Source: an uncultured Thermoleophilia bacterium (GTDB taxonomy: Bacteria; Actinomycetota; Thermoleophilia; UBA2241). Taken from it: a DNA stretch of 64,000 nt. Each line of letters begins with the position of its first letter. Position 1 is the stretch's first letter. The stretch spans positions 320,001-384,000 of the forward strand of contig CAVPCT010000005.1 of the NCBI GenBank assembly GCA_963702475.1. Direction: 5' to 3'. The notes below the pieces were generated by a model. That model was not told where the DNA came from. It was given only the letters and a program-made list of their open reading frames with translations, and searched no databases. Both the position numbers and the translations under genes were made by a program. Shown here piece by piece: positions 9,559-20,587 of the stretch.

Positions 9559-9870
9559 ATGAGCGAGCACCTTGAGAGGTACCTCGGAGGCTGGCGCAGC
9601 GGGGACCCGGACATGATCCTGAACGCCTGCGCCGACGACTTCGTCATCGACGACGCCGTGGAAGGGCGCTTCAGCAAGGCCGAGTTCGGCTCGTACTGGG
9701 GCGTGCAGCCTGAAGCGGCCATCGAGTTCAGCGACGTCGTCTCCGAGGAGAGCGACGGACAGGTGACCCAGTGGGGTTGGTGGACCCAGGCGTCGCAGAC
9801 GGGCTCCTTCATGAACAAGGCGGACCGCGACGGCGTGCACCTGACCAGGGTCACCTACTTCACGCGGTAG
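9559..9870 (+). CDS. SnoaL-like / NTF2-fold protein
   Basis: YLGGWRSGDPDMILNACADDFVIDD pattern; ATG at 9559 after AGGGGA; ends TAG. Confidence 0.7.
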   Translation: MSEHLERYLGGWRSGDPDMILNACADDFVIDDAVEGRFSKAEFGSYWGVQPEAAIEFSDVVSEESDGQVTQWGWWTQASQTGSFMNKADRDGVHLTRVTYFTR

Positions 9871-9988
9871 TCGAGGATCGGGCCGGCGAGGCGGGAGCGC
9901 CCATCGCCGGCCCGGCCTTCTGGTCGACCCCGGTGCGGCCCGGGCGCTCGCAGGTGCGCCCGGGCCCCACGCCGCGACAGCCGCCCGC

Positions 9989-11559
9989 TCAGCGTTTCAC
10001 CCGGAACGTCTTCGTGTTGCTCCTGCCCGCGGACGTGGTCACGGTGACCTTCACCTTGCCGATCTTGGCCTTCGCCGGCACGCGGCAGGTGATGCGCTTG
10101 TCGGTCCACGAGAGGTACGCGGTGCACTTCTTGCCGCCGAACTTGACGTAGCTGCTTCCTCTGGGGCTCCCGAAGAGGAGGCCGCTCACCACCACCACCG
10201 CCTTGCGCTTGCCGGCCGAGGGCGAGAGTCTGAGGACCATCGGCCGCGGGGCGTCGCCGCCGGTGATGGTCGCGAGGATCAGGCCGCCGCTCCCCACCAC
10301 GAGGCCGTGCTTGGCGTCGGCGAAGTCGATGGCGCCGAAGTCGGCGGTCGAGCCCGTCGTCTGGGGCTTCCAGGTCGTGCCGCCGTTCCCGGTCACGAGG
10401 ATGGTGCCGCCGCGGCCGGTCGCCCACCCGAGCTTCGTCCCGAACGAGGTCACGGACGTGAGGTCGGTCGTCGTCCCGGACGACTGTCCCTTCCACGTGG
10501 TGCCGCCGTTGCCGGTCACGAGGATGGTGCCGCGGTCGCCCACGGCCCAGCCCACCGAGTCGTGGGTCATCGTGACCGACGTCAGGTCGGCGAGCGTCCC
10601 GGACGACTGCGTCGTCCACGTGGAGCCACCGTCGTCCGTGGCGATCACGGTGCCGTCTTCGCCCGCGGCCCAGGCGTGGGTCGAGTCCGTGCACGTGACG
10701 GCGTCGAGGTGCGCCGACGTGCCCGACTCCTGCGGCTTCCACGTGTCGCCTCCGTCGCGGGTCACGACGACCGTGCCGTCGTCGCCGACGGCCCAGGCGG
10801 TCGCGCCGCTCGCGGTCACGGAGGTGAGGTCGCCGGCGGTGCCGGCAGGCGCCTTGTCCCACGTCGAGCCGCCGTTGGAGGTGACCACGACGGCGCCGCT
10901 GTCTCCCACGGCCACGCCGTGCACGGCGTCGATGAAGACGACGGAGCGCAGGTCGGCCGTGGTGCCGGACGTCTGGGGACGCCAGGTGGCGCCGGCGTCG
11001 GCGGTGACGAGCACGGTGCCGCCGTCGCCCACGGCCCAGCTCTTCGTCGTGCTCACGACGGCCGTCGCGCGGAGCGTCTGCGTCGTGCCCGACTGCTGTC
11101 GCGGTCCAGCCGCCTGCGGCCGTGCCGGTGACGGTGAAGCTCGCGGCGCTGGTGGTGCTGCCGAAGGACGTGGTCACCGAGATGCGGGCCCGACGTGGCG
11201 CCGGCGGGCACGGTGCACTCGAGCTGCGTGAACGGCGAGACGTGCACGCTGGTCGCGAGCGTGCCGTTGAAGCGCACCTGAGTGTCGACGGCGAACCAGT
11301 AACCCTTCACGGTGACGAGGGTGCCCACGGGCCCACTGGTCGGCGAGAAGCCCTCGATGACCGGCGGCTCCAGCGGGACGGAGGAGAGCGTGGACGGGGC
11401 GCCGGCCGCGGGACCAGGCGGGGCGGCGGGACCGGCGCGCAGCGCCGCGGCGCCGCCCGCCGCGACCAGTGACACCACGACGAGCGCGATGACAAGCGCC
11501 GGGACGCCCGCTCGACGCCTCCGGGCCGTCGCGTGACAGGACGATGCAGTCCGGGTCAT
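9989..11559 (-). CDS. secreted YCF48/BNR-repeat beta-propeller protein with IPT/TIG domains (frameshifted near 11190 and 11100)
   Basis: Signal peptide, IPT domain (FSPTSGPVGTLVTVKG), about seven ~41-aa WAVG..G..L.T.DGG.TW repeats, C-terminal IPT domain; split across three ORFs. Confidence 0.75.
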
Positions 11560-11686
11560 GGCTCCCCTCCCTCGCCGGGCGAGGCCGAACGCCATCGGCC
11601 GGGCCCCGTGGCCTTCCACACTCGTGTTGTGTCCGCGACGGCGCCTTCGCGAAACGCCCAAGGCGAGGAGCCCGCTGTCGCCGGCC

Positions 11687-13156
11687 TCAGCCGACGCCGT
11701 GCCGGCGGTCGGCCTCCGCGACGATCGCACGCATCTGCGCGGCGACGTCGGGGTCGACGGGCTCGCACCGGTGTGACTCGAGCAGCTCCAGCGCCCGCTC
11801 GCGGGCGCGCTGCGCCAGGTCGGTCGAGCCCTGCGCCTGCCAGTCGTCGCGCACGCGACGGTCGAGCAGGTCGGAGCGGCTGAGGTCGCGCATGTGGCGC
11901 AGCGTGGAGTCGAGGGAGAGGAAGTCGCCGGACGAGCCGACCGCGGCGATGTCGTCCGCGGCGAGGCTCTCTTCGTCGACGCGGACGCCACCCACGGCCA
12001 TCTTGATCATGTGGGCGATCTCGTCGTCCATGACGAGCTGGCCGAAGTCGAAGGCCACGCCCGACTCGATCATCCCCGCACCGTAGATCTGGTTGGCCCC
12101 TGCCAACGCAGCCAGCAAGCCGGTGAGGGTCTTCTCGTGCCCCGCCTGGGCGTCGCCGAGCTTCGCGTCCGTCTACAACCCCGCCACGAAGCTGGGGAGG
12201 CCGTAGCGCCGCGCCAGCTGCGCGACGGCGGCGCTGATCACGGCGAGCTCGGGCGAGCCGACCGCGGCGGTGGCGAGTCTGAGGTCCATCGCGGTGGTGG
12301 ACGACCCGTAGACCATCGGGCACCCTCGCTCGGTGAGCTGCGCCAGCACGATGCTGCCGAGCACCTCGGCGTTGTGCGTCACCAGCGTGCCCGCCAGCGT
12401 GACCGGCGACGAGCCGCCGGCCATGGCCATGCTGACGACGGTGTTGGACATGCCGGAACGCGCCGCCTCGATGATGACCTCGGTGGCGTCGCGCGGCAGC
12501 TGCAGCGGGCTGACGGGGCACACGCCGAAGCCGACGAGCGGGCGGCGACGCAGCTCGTCCTCGCCGCCCGCGAGCACCCGGGCCATCGCCACGATGGCGC
12601 GCACGTCCTCCGCCGTCGTCGCCTCGCTGCCCACCGGCTTGGTGGTCTCGTGGACGGCCTCCTGCCACTTGTGCAGGCTGGCGGTGGCCGCCGGGACGTC
12701 CTCCGCTCCGACCGCCGACTCGTAGGCGTCCATACTGTCCAGGGCGTCGACCAGACGCGCCACCTCGCGCACGTCCCCGATGCCCGGTTTGCGGTACTCC
12801 CCCGTGCGCGGGTCGACGAGCATGATGCCCTCGTCGAAGTTGGAGAAGTGGACGCTGCCGGCCTCGAGCACCACGTCGTCAGCTGGGTCGCGGCCGCACA
12901 GGTGGACGGCTGGCGGACACGCGGCCACCGCGTCCTCAACGATGTGCGGAGGGATGCGCACCGTGCGCGACCCGCGGTCCACGCGACAGCCTCCGTCGGC
13001 GAAGAGGTCGAGCGGCTCGTCGTCCTCCACGAACAGGCCGGTGCGCTCCAGGACCTCGAGCGTGGCGAGGTGGATGTGGTCGATGTCGGCTTCGCTGAGG
13101 ACGTCGAGCCTCAGACCCGGGCTCCCCGGCCGGCCGGACTGCAGCGGGCGTTTCAC
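11687..13156 (-). CDS. mttB: trimethylamine:corrinoid methyltransferase, pyrrolysine-containing (in-frame TAG 12173-12175)
   Basis: ORF 12173..13324 and ORF 11687..12118 are in frame: SFVAGL-TAG-TDAKLGDAQAGHEKT, matching the MttB Pyl motif; GTG start 13156 after GGGAGG. Confidence 0.9.
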
Positions 13157-13205
13157 GGAGCGCCTCCCTCGTGGTCGGTGGTGGTGAGGTGAGCAGCCGC
13201 GCCGG

Positions 13206-14711
13206 TCACGCGCGCGCCGCCTCGTCGGCGGCGGCCACGAGGCGACGCAGCTCGCGCTGCGCGTCGTCGCCGAGCGGCTCCGGCCGGTAGTGGTCCAAGA
13301 TGTCCCCGGCGCGCTCGCGCGCAACCTCGACGGCGTCGCGGAAGTGGCGCCCGTCGGCGGCGACCTCCTGCGTGATGGCGCGCACCACCGAGGTACGCAT
13401 GTGCCGCCGCGTGTGCACGTGGCCGAGGAAGTTGCCGCCCGGGCCGACCGCGGCGATGGCCTCGAGAGCGAGCGCCTCCTCGTCGGCCGCGACGTCGAGG
13501 AACGCCGCGCGGGCGCGGTGGTAGAGGTCGTCGTCCAGGATCAGGTCCTCGGGCGCGAACACCGTGAAGGTGCCGTGCAGACCGATACCGGTGTAGGTCT
13601 CGCAGCCGTCCAGCGGGAGCTGCAGGAGCTGCGAGGCCTGTTCCACGCCGTGCTGCCAGGTGCCGGGCTCGGTGGCGTCGGTGCCGCCGAAGGCGCCCAG
13701 CGCCGGCAGACCGAAGGCGTGCAGCAGCTCGGTCGCCAGGAAGCGGCAGCGGTCCTCGAGCGGCGCGGACAGCGTGAGCGCGCTCCGCGGGTCGGCGTAG
13801 CTGCTCATGATCGACCCCCACACCGGCGCGCCCGGCGCCGCCAGCTGGTGGAGCACGGCGGCGGCCACGATCTCGGCGGCGCCCACCACCAGGGCGCCGG
13901 CCGGCGTGGCCGGGGCCGTGGTGCCCAGGGTCGGCATGGTCACGTAGCACACGGGGATGCCGGCCTCCGCGAACACCAGTCCGGCGCCGGTGCCGTCGTC
14001 GTCGAGGACGAGCGGCGACACCGTCCCGATGAGGTCGCTGAGCGCTGAGGGAGCGCCGACGCCGCGTGCGTCAGCGACCACAGCGGCCATCTCCACGGCG
14101 CAGCGCGCCAGCGTCTCTCCCTGCACCATGCCCATCAGGTGTTTGGTCGTGTTGTTCCAGCCCGCCTCGAGCTCGTGCACCTGCGCGGCGGGGCCGCAGT
14201 CGCCGGCGCCCACAGTGGGCCACCAGAACGCGATGGACCCGAGGTAGTCCTGCATGCGCGTGACGCCGGCGAGGTCGGCCTTGGTGGACGGGCGCGGCTC
14301 GCCGGTGTGCCGGTCGACGACGTGGGTGCCGCTGCCGTCGGTGGTGCCGTAGGTCTCGCCGGAGGCGAGATCCAGGTCGGTGAGGCCGTCGCGCGAGCCC
14401 AGCACGAAGGTGCGCGGGGCGAGCGCCAGCGACTCCTGGACGAGCCGGCGCGGCAGCCGCACGAGGCCGGAGGCCTCGTCCACGTCCGCGCCGGCCTTCG
14501 CGAACAGCTTGAGGCCCTTGCGCGAGCGGCACTTGACGCCGGTGCCGGCGAGGACGGCGAACGTCGCGTCCAGGTACGGCACCAGCCTCTCCGCGTCGTG
14601 CACCTGCAGGCGGAACTCGGACCGCAGGGGCGCCAGCGGCTGCCTGCGCAGCCGCTGGGCGCCCGGCGCCGTCACGCCCGACGGTCCGGCGTCGGTCGCT
14701 CCGGCGCTCAC
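13206..14711 (-). CDS. MttB-superfamily methyltransferase, non-Pyl
   Basis: MttB-family motifs (P..LV..AL..AP..F.L, G.TAP.T.AG, VGPGGNFL..HT); no amber; start overlaps the upstream mtbB stop (GTGA). Confidence 0.85.
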   Translation of the reverse strand: MSAGATDAGPSGVTAPGAQRLRRQPLAPLRSEFRLQVHDAERLVPYLDATFAVLAGTGVKCRSRKGLKLFAKAGADVDEASGLVRLPRRLVQESLALAPRTFVLGSRDGLTDLDLASGETYGTTDGSGTHVVDRHTGEPRPSTKADLAGVTRMQDYLGSIAFWWPTVGAGDCGPAAQVHELEAGWNNTTKHLMGMVQGETLARCAVEMAAVVADARGVGAPSALSDLIGTVSPLVLDDDGTGAGLVFAEAGIPVCYVTMPTLGTTAPATPAGALVVGAAEIVAAAVLHQLAAPGAPVWGSIMSSYADPRSALTLSAPLEDRCRFLATELLHAFGLPALGAFGGTDATEPGTWQHGVEQASQLLQLPLDGCETYTGIGLHGTFTVFAPEDLILDDDLYHRARAAFLDVAADEEALALEAIAAVGPGGNFLGHVHTRRHMRTSVVRAITQEVAADGRHFRDAVEVARERAGDILDHYRPEPLGDDAQRELRRLVAAADEAARA

Positions 14712-16120
14712 CGCGGCACCGCCCCTCTGCGCGTCCTGACCAGGGAGCTGCGCTCACGGAACCGGTCCACGCAGTTGATGGGCAGGTCGAGAAGGTCGGC
14801 GATGTTCATCTTGGCCTCCATCGCCGTCGCGGCACCCGGGAACGGGGCCTCGGAGTCGATGATCCTGCCGAGGCCCAGCTCGCCGCGGACCTCCTGCATC
14901 GCCACGCAGTCGGAGAGGTCGGCGATGCTCACGCCGAGCCTCTCGGCCACCACACGCTTCGCCTCCGGGAGCCGCAGTCCCCGCGTCATCTGCATGCGCG
15001 CCACCAGGTCTCCGGCGGCGCGTAGCCCGTTCATCCCGCAGGCTGTCGCGTGAGCGCTGGGCATCCCGAAGATGTCGCCTGTACCCACCTACAACCCGTC
15101 CACGCGCAGCAGATCGACGAAGGCGCGCCCCACACGCGACACGGCGTCCACGGGCGGGCAGACGCTCATGGGCACGCCGCCGACCCCCATCCCGGCGTTG
15201 ACGTGCACGGGGATGCTCGCTGCGGCCACGCAGGGCTTGAGGATCGTGGCCGCGCGGGCCACGTTCCAGGCCACGGAGTGCGTGGTGTTGACGTTGACGC
15301 AGGGGCCGAAGATGGTGGCGCCGGCCTGCTCGACCACGCGCAGCTGGTCGTGAGGCCACAGGCCGGCCAGGCGCACGCCGTCGAACTCGAGCCGCCCGTG
15401 CATCCCCAGCACGAACTCGGAGGCCATGCCGACCTCGATGCTCATGGTGGGGAAGTCGCGGCGCAGCGCGCGCACCACCTCGAGCACGGCCAGGAACTCG
15501 GCGTCGCCGGCCGCGCCGCTGGTGTCGAAGTCCAGACCGTCGGCGCCGGCCTCCCAGAGCCTCTCGGCGACGTGGCGCATGTCGGCGGTCGCGTAGGCGA
15601 CCGCCGCCTCCTGCGCCTCACGCGCCTCGTCGGCACGGCCCTGCGGCAACAGCTCGGACCAGTTCGGCACGGGGCCGTCCGGCATCGAGTACCGCCCGAG
15701 GTCGGCCTGCGACCCGTAGTGCAGCGGCATCGTGAGCCGGTGCTGGGCGTCGTGCATGGCCTGGGCCTCGCCGGCGACCACTTTGGCGGCGGCGTTGTAG
15801 CAGTAGTCCTGGTGGAACAGCTCGCCGGAGTCGGCGCCGAGCATCTGCTCGTAGATCACAAGGCCGTCGATGCGCTCGTTCTGCTGCGTGCCGGTGCCGT
15901 CGTAGCTCAGGACGACCTCCTCGCCGATGTCCACGGCCGAGAAGCGCGCGGGAGAGGCGAAGATGTCGAGCAGGTGGTCGAGCTCCGCGGCGTCGAGCGG
16001 CTCGACCTTGGCCCGTTTCGCGCCGAGCGCCGAGCCCTCTTCGAGGTCGGCGCGCAGCTCGGAGCGCGTGAGGTGGACGAGCGCGCCGTCTCCCATCCTC
16101 GTCGGGATCTTCACTTCCAT
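14708..16120 (-). CDS. mtbB: dimethylamine:corrinoid methyltransferase, pyrrolysine-containing (in-frame TAG 15089-15091)
   Basis: TRMGDG N-terminus, GMGVGGVP, RVDGL-TAG-VGTGD, RAAGDLVARMQM, AKMNIA..LD..IN.V; ATG 16120 with RBS. Confidence 0.9.
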
Positions 16121-16206
16121 GAGCGTGCTCTCCCCTCCGGCTGAGCTGCGGGACCGGTCAGCGCACACACAACCCCAGTCCGGCCGCCCGCTCAAGAGCG
16201 GACGCA

Positions 16207-16226
16207 AGGTTTGCCCAAGAATCGGC
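16207..16226 (+). promoter_or_regulatory. conserved 20-bp box AGGTTTGCCCAAGAATCGGC (copy 1), putative regulator site
   Basis: Identical to 18982-19001; both lie 25 nt upstream of a (G/C)ATACT -10 hexamer. Confidence 0.7.
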
Positions 16227-16306
16227 GGTGGCGGCGCGCGATCCAGGCCCGGATACTCCGTCTCAACGACTGTGCCGGCCGCGGCCGGCGGACGAAAGGG
16301 GCGCCC

Positions 16307-17725
16307 GTGGCGCGTGCGCGCATCCAGTACCTGTCGCCTCGGGAGAGCGACTTCATCCACGAGCAGACGCTGGAGCTCCTGGCGCGAGTGGGCGTCGCCT
16401 ACAACTCACCCAGGGCGCTCGACGTGCTGGAGGCAGCCGGCGTGGAGGTCGACCGGGAGAAGCTCACCGCGAAGCTCGGCTGGGAGGTGATCGAAGAGGC
16501 GCTCCGCACCGTGCCCGGACGAGTGCTGCTGGCCGGGCGGCTCCCCGAGCACGACCGCGTGCTCGGCGACGGCCGGCTGGTCACCACGAGTGACGGCATG
16601 ACCACGTACGTGCTGGACGAGCCCGGCGGCGCCCGCCGCGAGGGCACCGCCGCCGACCTGGCCACCGTCACCCGGCTCTGCGACGCGCTCGACGAGATCG
16701 ACGTGGTGTGGCCCTCGCCGCAGGCCGGCGACGTGGACGCCTGGATGATGCCGCTGGTGATGCAGGCGACGGTGGTGCGCAACACCGGCAAGCACGTGCA
16801 GGACGAGGTACGCACCCCGGAGATGGTCGAGCCGATCCTGGCGGTGTACGAGGCGGCCGCGGGCGCGACGCTGCGCGAGCGCCCGGTGTTCTCGGTGACG
16901 AACTGCACGATCGCGCCGCTGCAACACGACCGCGAGATGACGGAGGCCGGCCTGGAGCTTGCGGCACGCGGCGTGCCCATCTTCGTGCTGCCCATGCCCC
17001 AGGCCGGTACGACAGGGCCCATGACCCTGCTCGGCACCTGCATCGTGCACATGGCCGAGCTGCTCTCGGCGGTCGTGCTCTACCAGCTGGCCGTGCCCGG
17101 CTGCCCGCTCATCGCCGGGGTCGGGGCCGCCGTGGCCGACATGCGCAGCGGCGGCTACATCTCGGCGGCGCCCGAGATCGGCCTCATCAACCTGATCTGC
17201 CTCACGATGAGCAAGCGCTACGGGCTGCTCACGCAAGCCACGGGGATCTCGCCCGACGCCAAGGTGAGCGACTTCCAGGCGGGCTCGGAGGGCGGCATGA
17301 CGGGGCTCGTGGCCGCCCTCGCCGGCGCCGACTCGCTCATCGCCGCCGGCAGTCTGGACGGCGTACAGTGCTCGAGCCTCGCCAAGCTGGTGCTGGACGA
17401 CGACCAGCTCGGCGCCATCCGCCGCTACCTGCGCGAGGACCCCATCGACAAGACGGCGGCGCTCATGGACGACATCCTCGAGGTCGGCATCGGCGGCCAC
17501 TTCCTCGCGCGCCGCAGCACCCGCCACGCCGCGCGCACGGAGGTCTGGCGGCCGCGCGTGTTCCAGCGCGGGAGCTACGCCGAGCTGGCCGGTCGGTCGG
17601 TGGTGCAGGCGGCCGCCGAGCGCGCCGAGGAGCTGCTGGCGACGCACGACGCGCCGCCGCTCGCGCCCGCGGCCGAGGCGGCGATCGCCGAGGTACTGGC
17701 GGCCTGGGAGGCGCGCCGGCCCTGA
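16307..17725 (+). CDS. MttB-superfamily methyltransferase, non-Pyl
   Basis: IHEQTLELLARVGV, AGTTGPMTLLG, TGISPDAKVSDFQAGSE (Ser at Pyl position), VGIGGHFL; GTG start after GAAAGGGG. Confidence 0.88.
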   Translation: MARARIQYLSPRESDFIHEQTLELLARVGVAYNSPRALDVLEAAGVEVDREKLTAKLGWEVIEEALRTVPGRVLLAGRLPEHDRVLGDGRLVTTSDGMTTYVLDEPGGARREGTAADLATVTRLCDALDEIDVVWPSPQAGDVDAWMMPLVMQATVVRNTGKHVQDEVRTPEMVEPILAVYEAAAGATLRERPVFSVTNCTIAPLQHDREMTEAGLELAARGVPIFVLPMPQAGTTGPMTLLGTCIVHMAELLSAVVLYQLAVPGCPLIAGVGAAVADMRSGGYISAAPEIGLINLICLTMSKRYGLLTQATGISPDAKVSDFQAGSEGGMTGLVAALAGADSLIAAGSLDGVQCSSLAKLVLDDDQLGAIRRYLREDPIDKTAALMDDILEVGIGGHFLARRSTRHAARTEVWRPRVFQRGSYAELAGRSVVQAAAERAEELLATHDAPPLAPAAEAAIAEVLAAWEARRP

Positions 17726-17815
17726 CCCCGTCAGTGGGCACTGGGCCGTCGGCCGCGGGCGCGGCGCCCGCCCCGGCAGGCGGCCGTTCCTTCGACACGC
17801 CGGCGGGCGCCGCCG

Positions 17816-18898
17816 TCAGCCCAGGCGCAGTAGCGCCTGGGCAGCCGCGGCGGCGACCAGACGGAGCACGCGCTCCTCCTGGCCGCCCGCCGCACGTGGC
17901 AGGGCGACGCGCAGTACCAGTTTCCCCACGGGCGTGACCTCCTCGGCCTCCACCAGCCCGGCCGCGTCCGCGGTGTCGCGCCACCTCCCGCGCGCGACCG
18001 CTCCTTCGTCGCGCGCGCGGCCGGTCAGGTCGTCCCACTCCGCCTCCGCCGACGCGCCACCGAGGGCGCGGCACGCGAGGGCGGCGGCGGCGGCCAGCAC
18101 CTCGTCCACCGTGCGGCCGGCCACGAGCTCCGGGAGGCCGGCCACGACCGCGTCCACCGCGCTCGCCAGCAGCCGGCCGTCGGCGTCGCTGCGCGCGAGG
18201 CGGGCGAAGGTGCCCGCGTTCTGCAGCGCCACCGCGGCGAGGCCCGCGAGGGCGCGCGCGAGGCGCAGCTCCTGGTGCGTGAAACGACGCTCCCTGAGGT
18301 GGTCGTACACCTCGAGCGTGCCGACCGTGCGCCCCGCGAACACGAGCGGCACCACGAGGAGCGTCTTGTCGCCCCACTGGCGCATGATGGCGGTCTCCGC
18401 CGGGTCCGCCGCCGGGTCGCTCACCGTGATGACCCCGAGCTCCTGCACCTCGACCAGGCGGTGCGTGAAGGGGAAGCCCTTCAGCGAGTACGGGTTCCAG
18501 TCGGCTATGCGCTGCCCGTTGCGGTCGTAGTCCGCCAGCACCGACACGACGTCCGTCTCGGGGTCGTACTCCGACACGGCGCAGAAGTGACAGTCCAGCG
18601 TGGCCGTGACGCGCCGTGCTATCTCGCCGAGCAGCTCGGGCAGGTCGAGCCGGCTGGTGAGCGCCACGGAGGCGTCCACGAGGGTGTCGACCTCGCGCTC
18701 GCGGGCGAGGCGCGCGGCGGCCTGGTCGCTCGCCGCGACGAGCGTGGCGAGCTCGTCCACGTCCTCGCGCCGCATGCGCCGGTGACCGCCGGCCGTGCGG
18801 ATGCAGGGGAGGAAGCCCGAGTCGGTCCAGCGACGGATGGTGTCGGGCGAGACGCCCAGCCGGCGGGCCGCGAGCTGCACGCTCAGGTACACGGACAT
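17816..18898 (-). CDS. BldC/MerR-like (excisionase-family HTH) regulator with GAF domain
   Basis: LSVQLAARRLGVSPDTIRRWTDSGFLPCIRTAGGHRR HTH; GAF motif VPLVFAGRTVGTLEV...RFTHQEL. Confidence 0.85.
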   Translation of the reverse strand: MSVYLSVQLAARRLGVSPDTIRRWTDSGFLPCIRTAGGHRRMRREDVDELATLVAASDQAAARLAREREVDTLVDASVALTSRLDLPELLGEIARRVTATLDCHFCAVSEYDPETDVVSVLADYDRNGQRIADWNPYSLKGFPFTHRLVEVQELGVITVSDPAADPAETAIMRQWGDKTLLVVPLVFAGRTVGTLEVYDHLRERRFTHQELRLARALAGLAAVALQNAGTFARLARSDADGRLLASAVDAVVAGLPELVAGRTVDEVLAAAAALACRALGGASAEAEWDDLTGRARDEGAVARGRWRDTADAAGLVEAEEVTPVGKLVLRVALPRAAGGQEERVLRLVAAAAAQALLRLG

Positions 18899-18904
18899 GG
18901 GCGC

Positions 18905-18933
18905 AAGCTAGTCGCAAAGCCGGAGGGGGTCAA
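18905..18933 (-). promoter_or_regulatory. leaderless promoter of the HTH-GAF regulator
   Basis: TTGACC-17bp-TAGCTT ending 6 nt before the ATG. Confidence 0.65.
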
Positions 18934-18981
18934 CAGCGCGACGGCGCGGGCCCCGGCGCCCCGGCCCGACAAGAGCCTGCG

Positions 18982-19001
18982 AGGTTTGCCCAAGAATCGG
19001 C
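18982..19001 (+). promoter_or_regulatory. conserved 20-bp box (copy 2) just upstream of a TTACAC-17-CATACT promoter
   Basis: Identical to 16207-16226. Confidence 0.7.
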
Positions 19002-19072
19002 TCTTACACGCCCCGTGCCCCGTGCGCATACTGCGGCGACGCAGCCGGGGATCACACTGAGGGAGGGTGCAC

Positions 19073-20587
19073 GTGGAACTGACGACCGCGAGCCAGACCG
19101 CCGCCCGGAGCCAGGGCCTCAAGCGCACCAGCGTCCGCCTTCTCACGGTGTTCTTCATGATCTACATCCTCGTCTCGGGCGGGTCGTTCGGCATAGAGGA
19201 CATGGTGTCATGGTCCGGCCCGGGCCTCACGATCCTGCTGCTCATGGTGCTGCCGATCGTCTGGAGCTTGCCCATGGCGCTGGTCGCGAGCGAGTTGGGG
19301 TCGGCGCTGCCCGGCGAGGGCGGCTTCTACATCTGGGCGCGGCGCGGGCTCGGCGACTTCTGGGGATTCCAGACCGCCTGGTGGTGGACCCTCTCCATCT
19401 TCGTGGACTCGTCGGTCTACGTCGTCCTGGCCGTCGGCTACCTGCAGAACTGGCTGGGCTTCGGACAGCTCTGGTTCTACGTCACCTGCTGGGCGATCAT
19501 CGCCGTGTTCACACTCGTCAACGTCTTCGGGGTCAAGCTGGTGGCACTCAGTTCGACCGTCTTCTCGGTGCTGATCATCGCGCCGTTCCTCGTGCTGATC
19601 GTGGTCGGCCTGGCGAAGTGGCAGTTCAACCCCCTGACGCCGGTGACGCCGCCGGGCGTACCGTTCTTCGGCACCAACGGCGCCCTCGGCCTCGGGCTGG
19701 CCATCGGCGTGTGGATGTACTCCGGCTACGAGTCCATGTCCACGCTTTCGGGAGAGATCCGCGATCCCCAGCGCGTGATCCCGCGCGCGCTCCTGCTCGC
19801 GGTGCCGTTCATCATCGCCATGTACGTGCTGCCCACGGTGGCCGCCCTGGCCGGCTACGGCCAGTGGGACATGTGGGCGACAGACGCCGGCGACGGCTAC
19901 GTCTCGTTCGTGGAGATCGGCAGGGCCCTCGGCGGCTCCGCGCTCGGCGTCGCGCTGCTGGCGTCGGCCCTGCTCGGCAACCTGGCGCTGTACCTGGACT
20001 ACCTGGCCTCGGGCGCGCGCCCACTCTTCGCACTCTCTACCGATCGCCTCTTCCCCGCCGCGGCGTCTCGCGTCAGCAGGCGGTTCGGTACGCCGGTCGT
20101 GGCCATCCTGCTGATGGCCGGGCTGAACGCCGTTCTCATCGTCGGACCGTTCCGGAACCTGGTGGTGATCGACGTGATCCTGTTCACGGCGTCGTACGTG
20201 CTGATCTTCATCGCCGCGGTCGCTCTGCGCGTGAAGGAGCCCGGGCTAAGAAGGCCGTTCCGCGTGCCGCTGGGGACAAAGGGCATGGCGCTCATGGTGG
20301 CACCGCCCATCGCCATCGTGCTCTTCACGATCTACGTGAACGCCATCGACCGCAGCACGGAGATCCTCGGCGTCACCGGCTTCCGGGTGCTGGGCATCGA
20401 CGTGGGCTGGTACGGCATCGGCGGCTTCCTCGCGCTGGCCTCCGGACCGGTGTGCTACCTGGCCTTCCGCCGCGCGTTCGGCGGACCGGCCACGCCGGCG
20501 GCGCAAGCCGGCGACGACGAGCTGGCGGCGCTCGCGGCGGCCGCCGAAGACGGGGACGACGAGGCCGGCCCAGGAGCGCTCGCATGA
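19073..20587 (+). CDS. APC-family amino acid/polyamine/methylamine permease
   Basis: About 12 TM segments; SGGSFGIED, ELGSALPGEGG.Y.W, YSGYES, RRPFRVP motifs. Confidence 0.9.
   Translation: MELTTASQTAARSQGLKRTSVRLLTVFFMIYILVSGGSFGIEDMVSWSGPGLTILLLMVLPIVWSLPMALVASELGSALPGEGGFYIWARRGLGDFWGFQTAWWWTLSIFVDSSVYVVLAVGYLQNWLGFGQLWFYVTCWAIIAVFTLVNVFGVKLVALSSTVFSVLIIAPFLVLIVVGLAKWQFNPLTPVTPPGVPFFGTNGALGLGLAIGVWMYSGYESMSTLSGEIRDPQRVIPRALLLAVPFIIAMYVLPTVAALAGYGQWDMWATDAGDGYVSFVEIGRALGGSALGVALLASALLGNLALYLDYLASGARPLFALSTDRLFPAAASRVSRRFGTPVVAILLMAGLNAVLIVGPFRNLVVIDVILFTASYVLIFIAAVALRVKEPGLRRPFRVPLGTKGMALMVAPPIAIVLFTIYVNAIDRSTEILGVTGFRVLGIDVGWYGIGGFLALASGPVCYLAFRRAFGGPATPAAQAGDDELAALAAAAEDGDDEAGPGALA

Noticed and set aside
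9989-11056. Approximately 120-nt periodic repeats resembling an array
   Set aside because: They are coding BNR/YCF48 propeller blades with synonymous variation
14708-15088. Separate small ORFs after each amber (also 11687-12118, 39377-39712, 44620-45051, 51146-51490) as independent genes or nonsense pseudogenes
   Set aside because: They are in frame, lack an obvious RBS and form the conserved C-termini of MtbB/MttB; six independent nonsense mutations at the Pyl column are implausible
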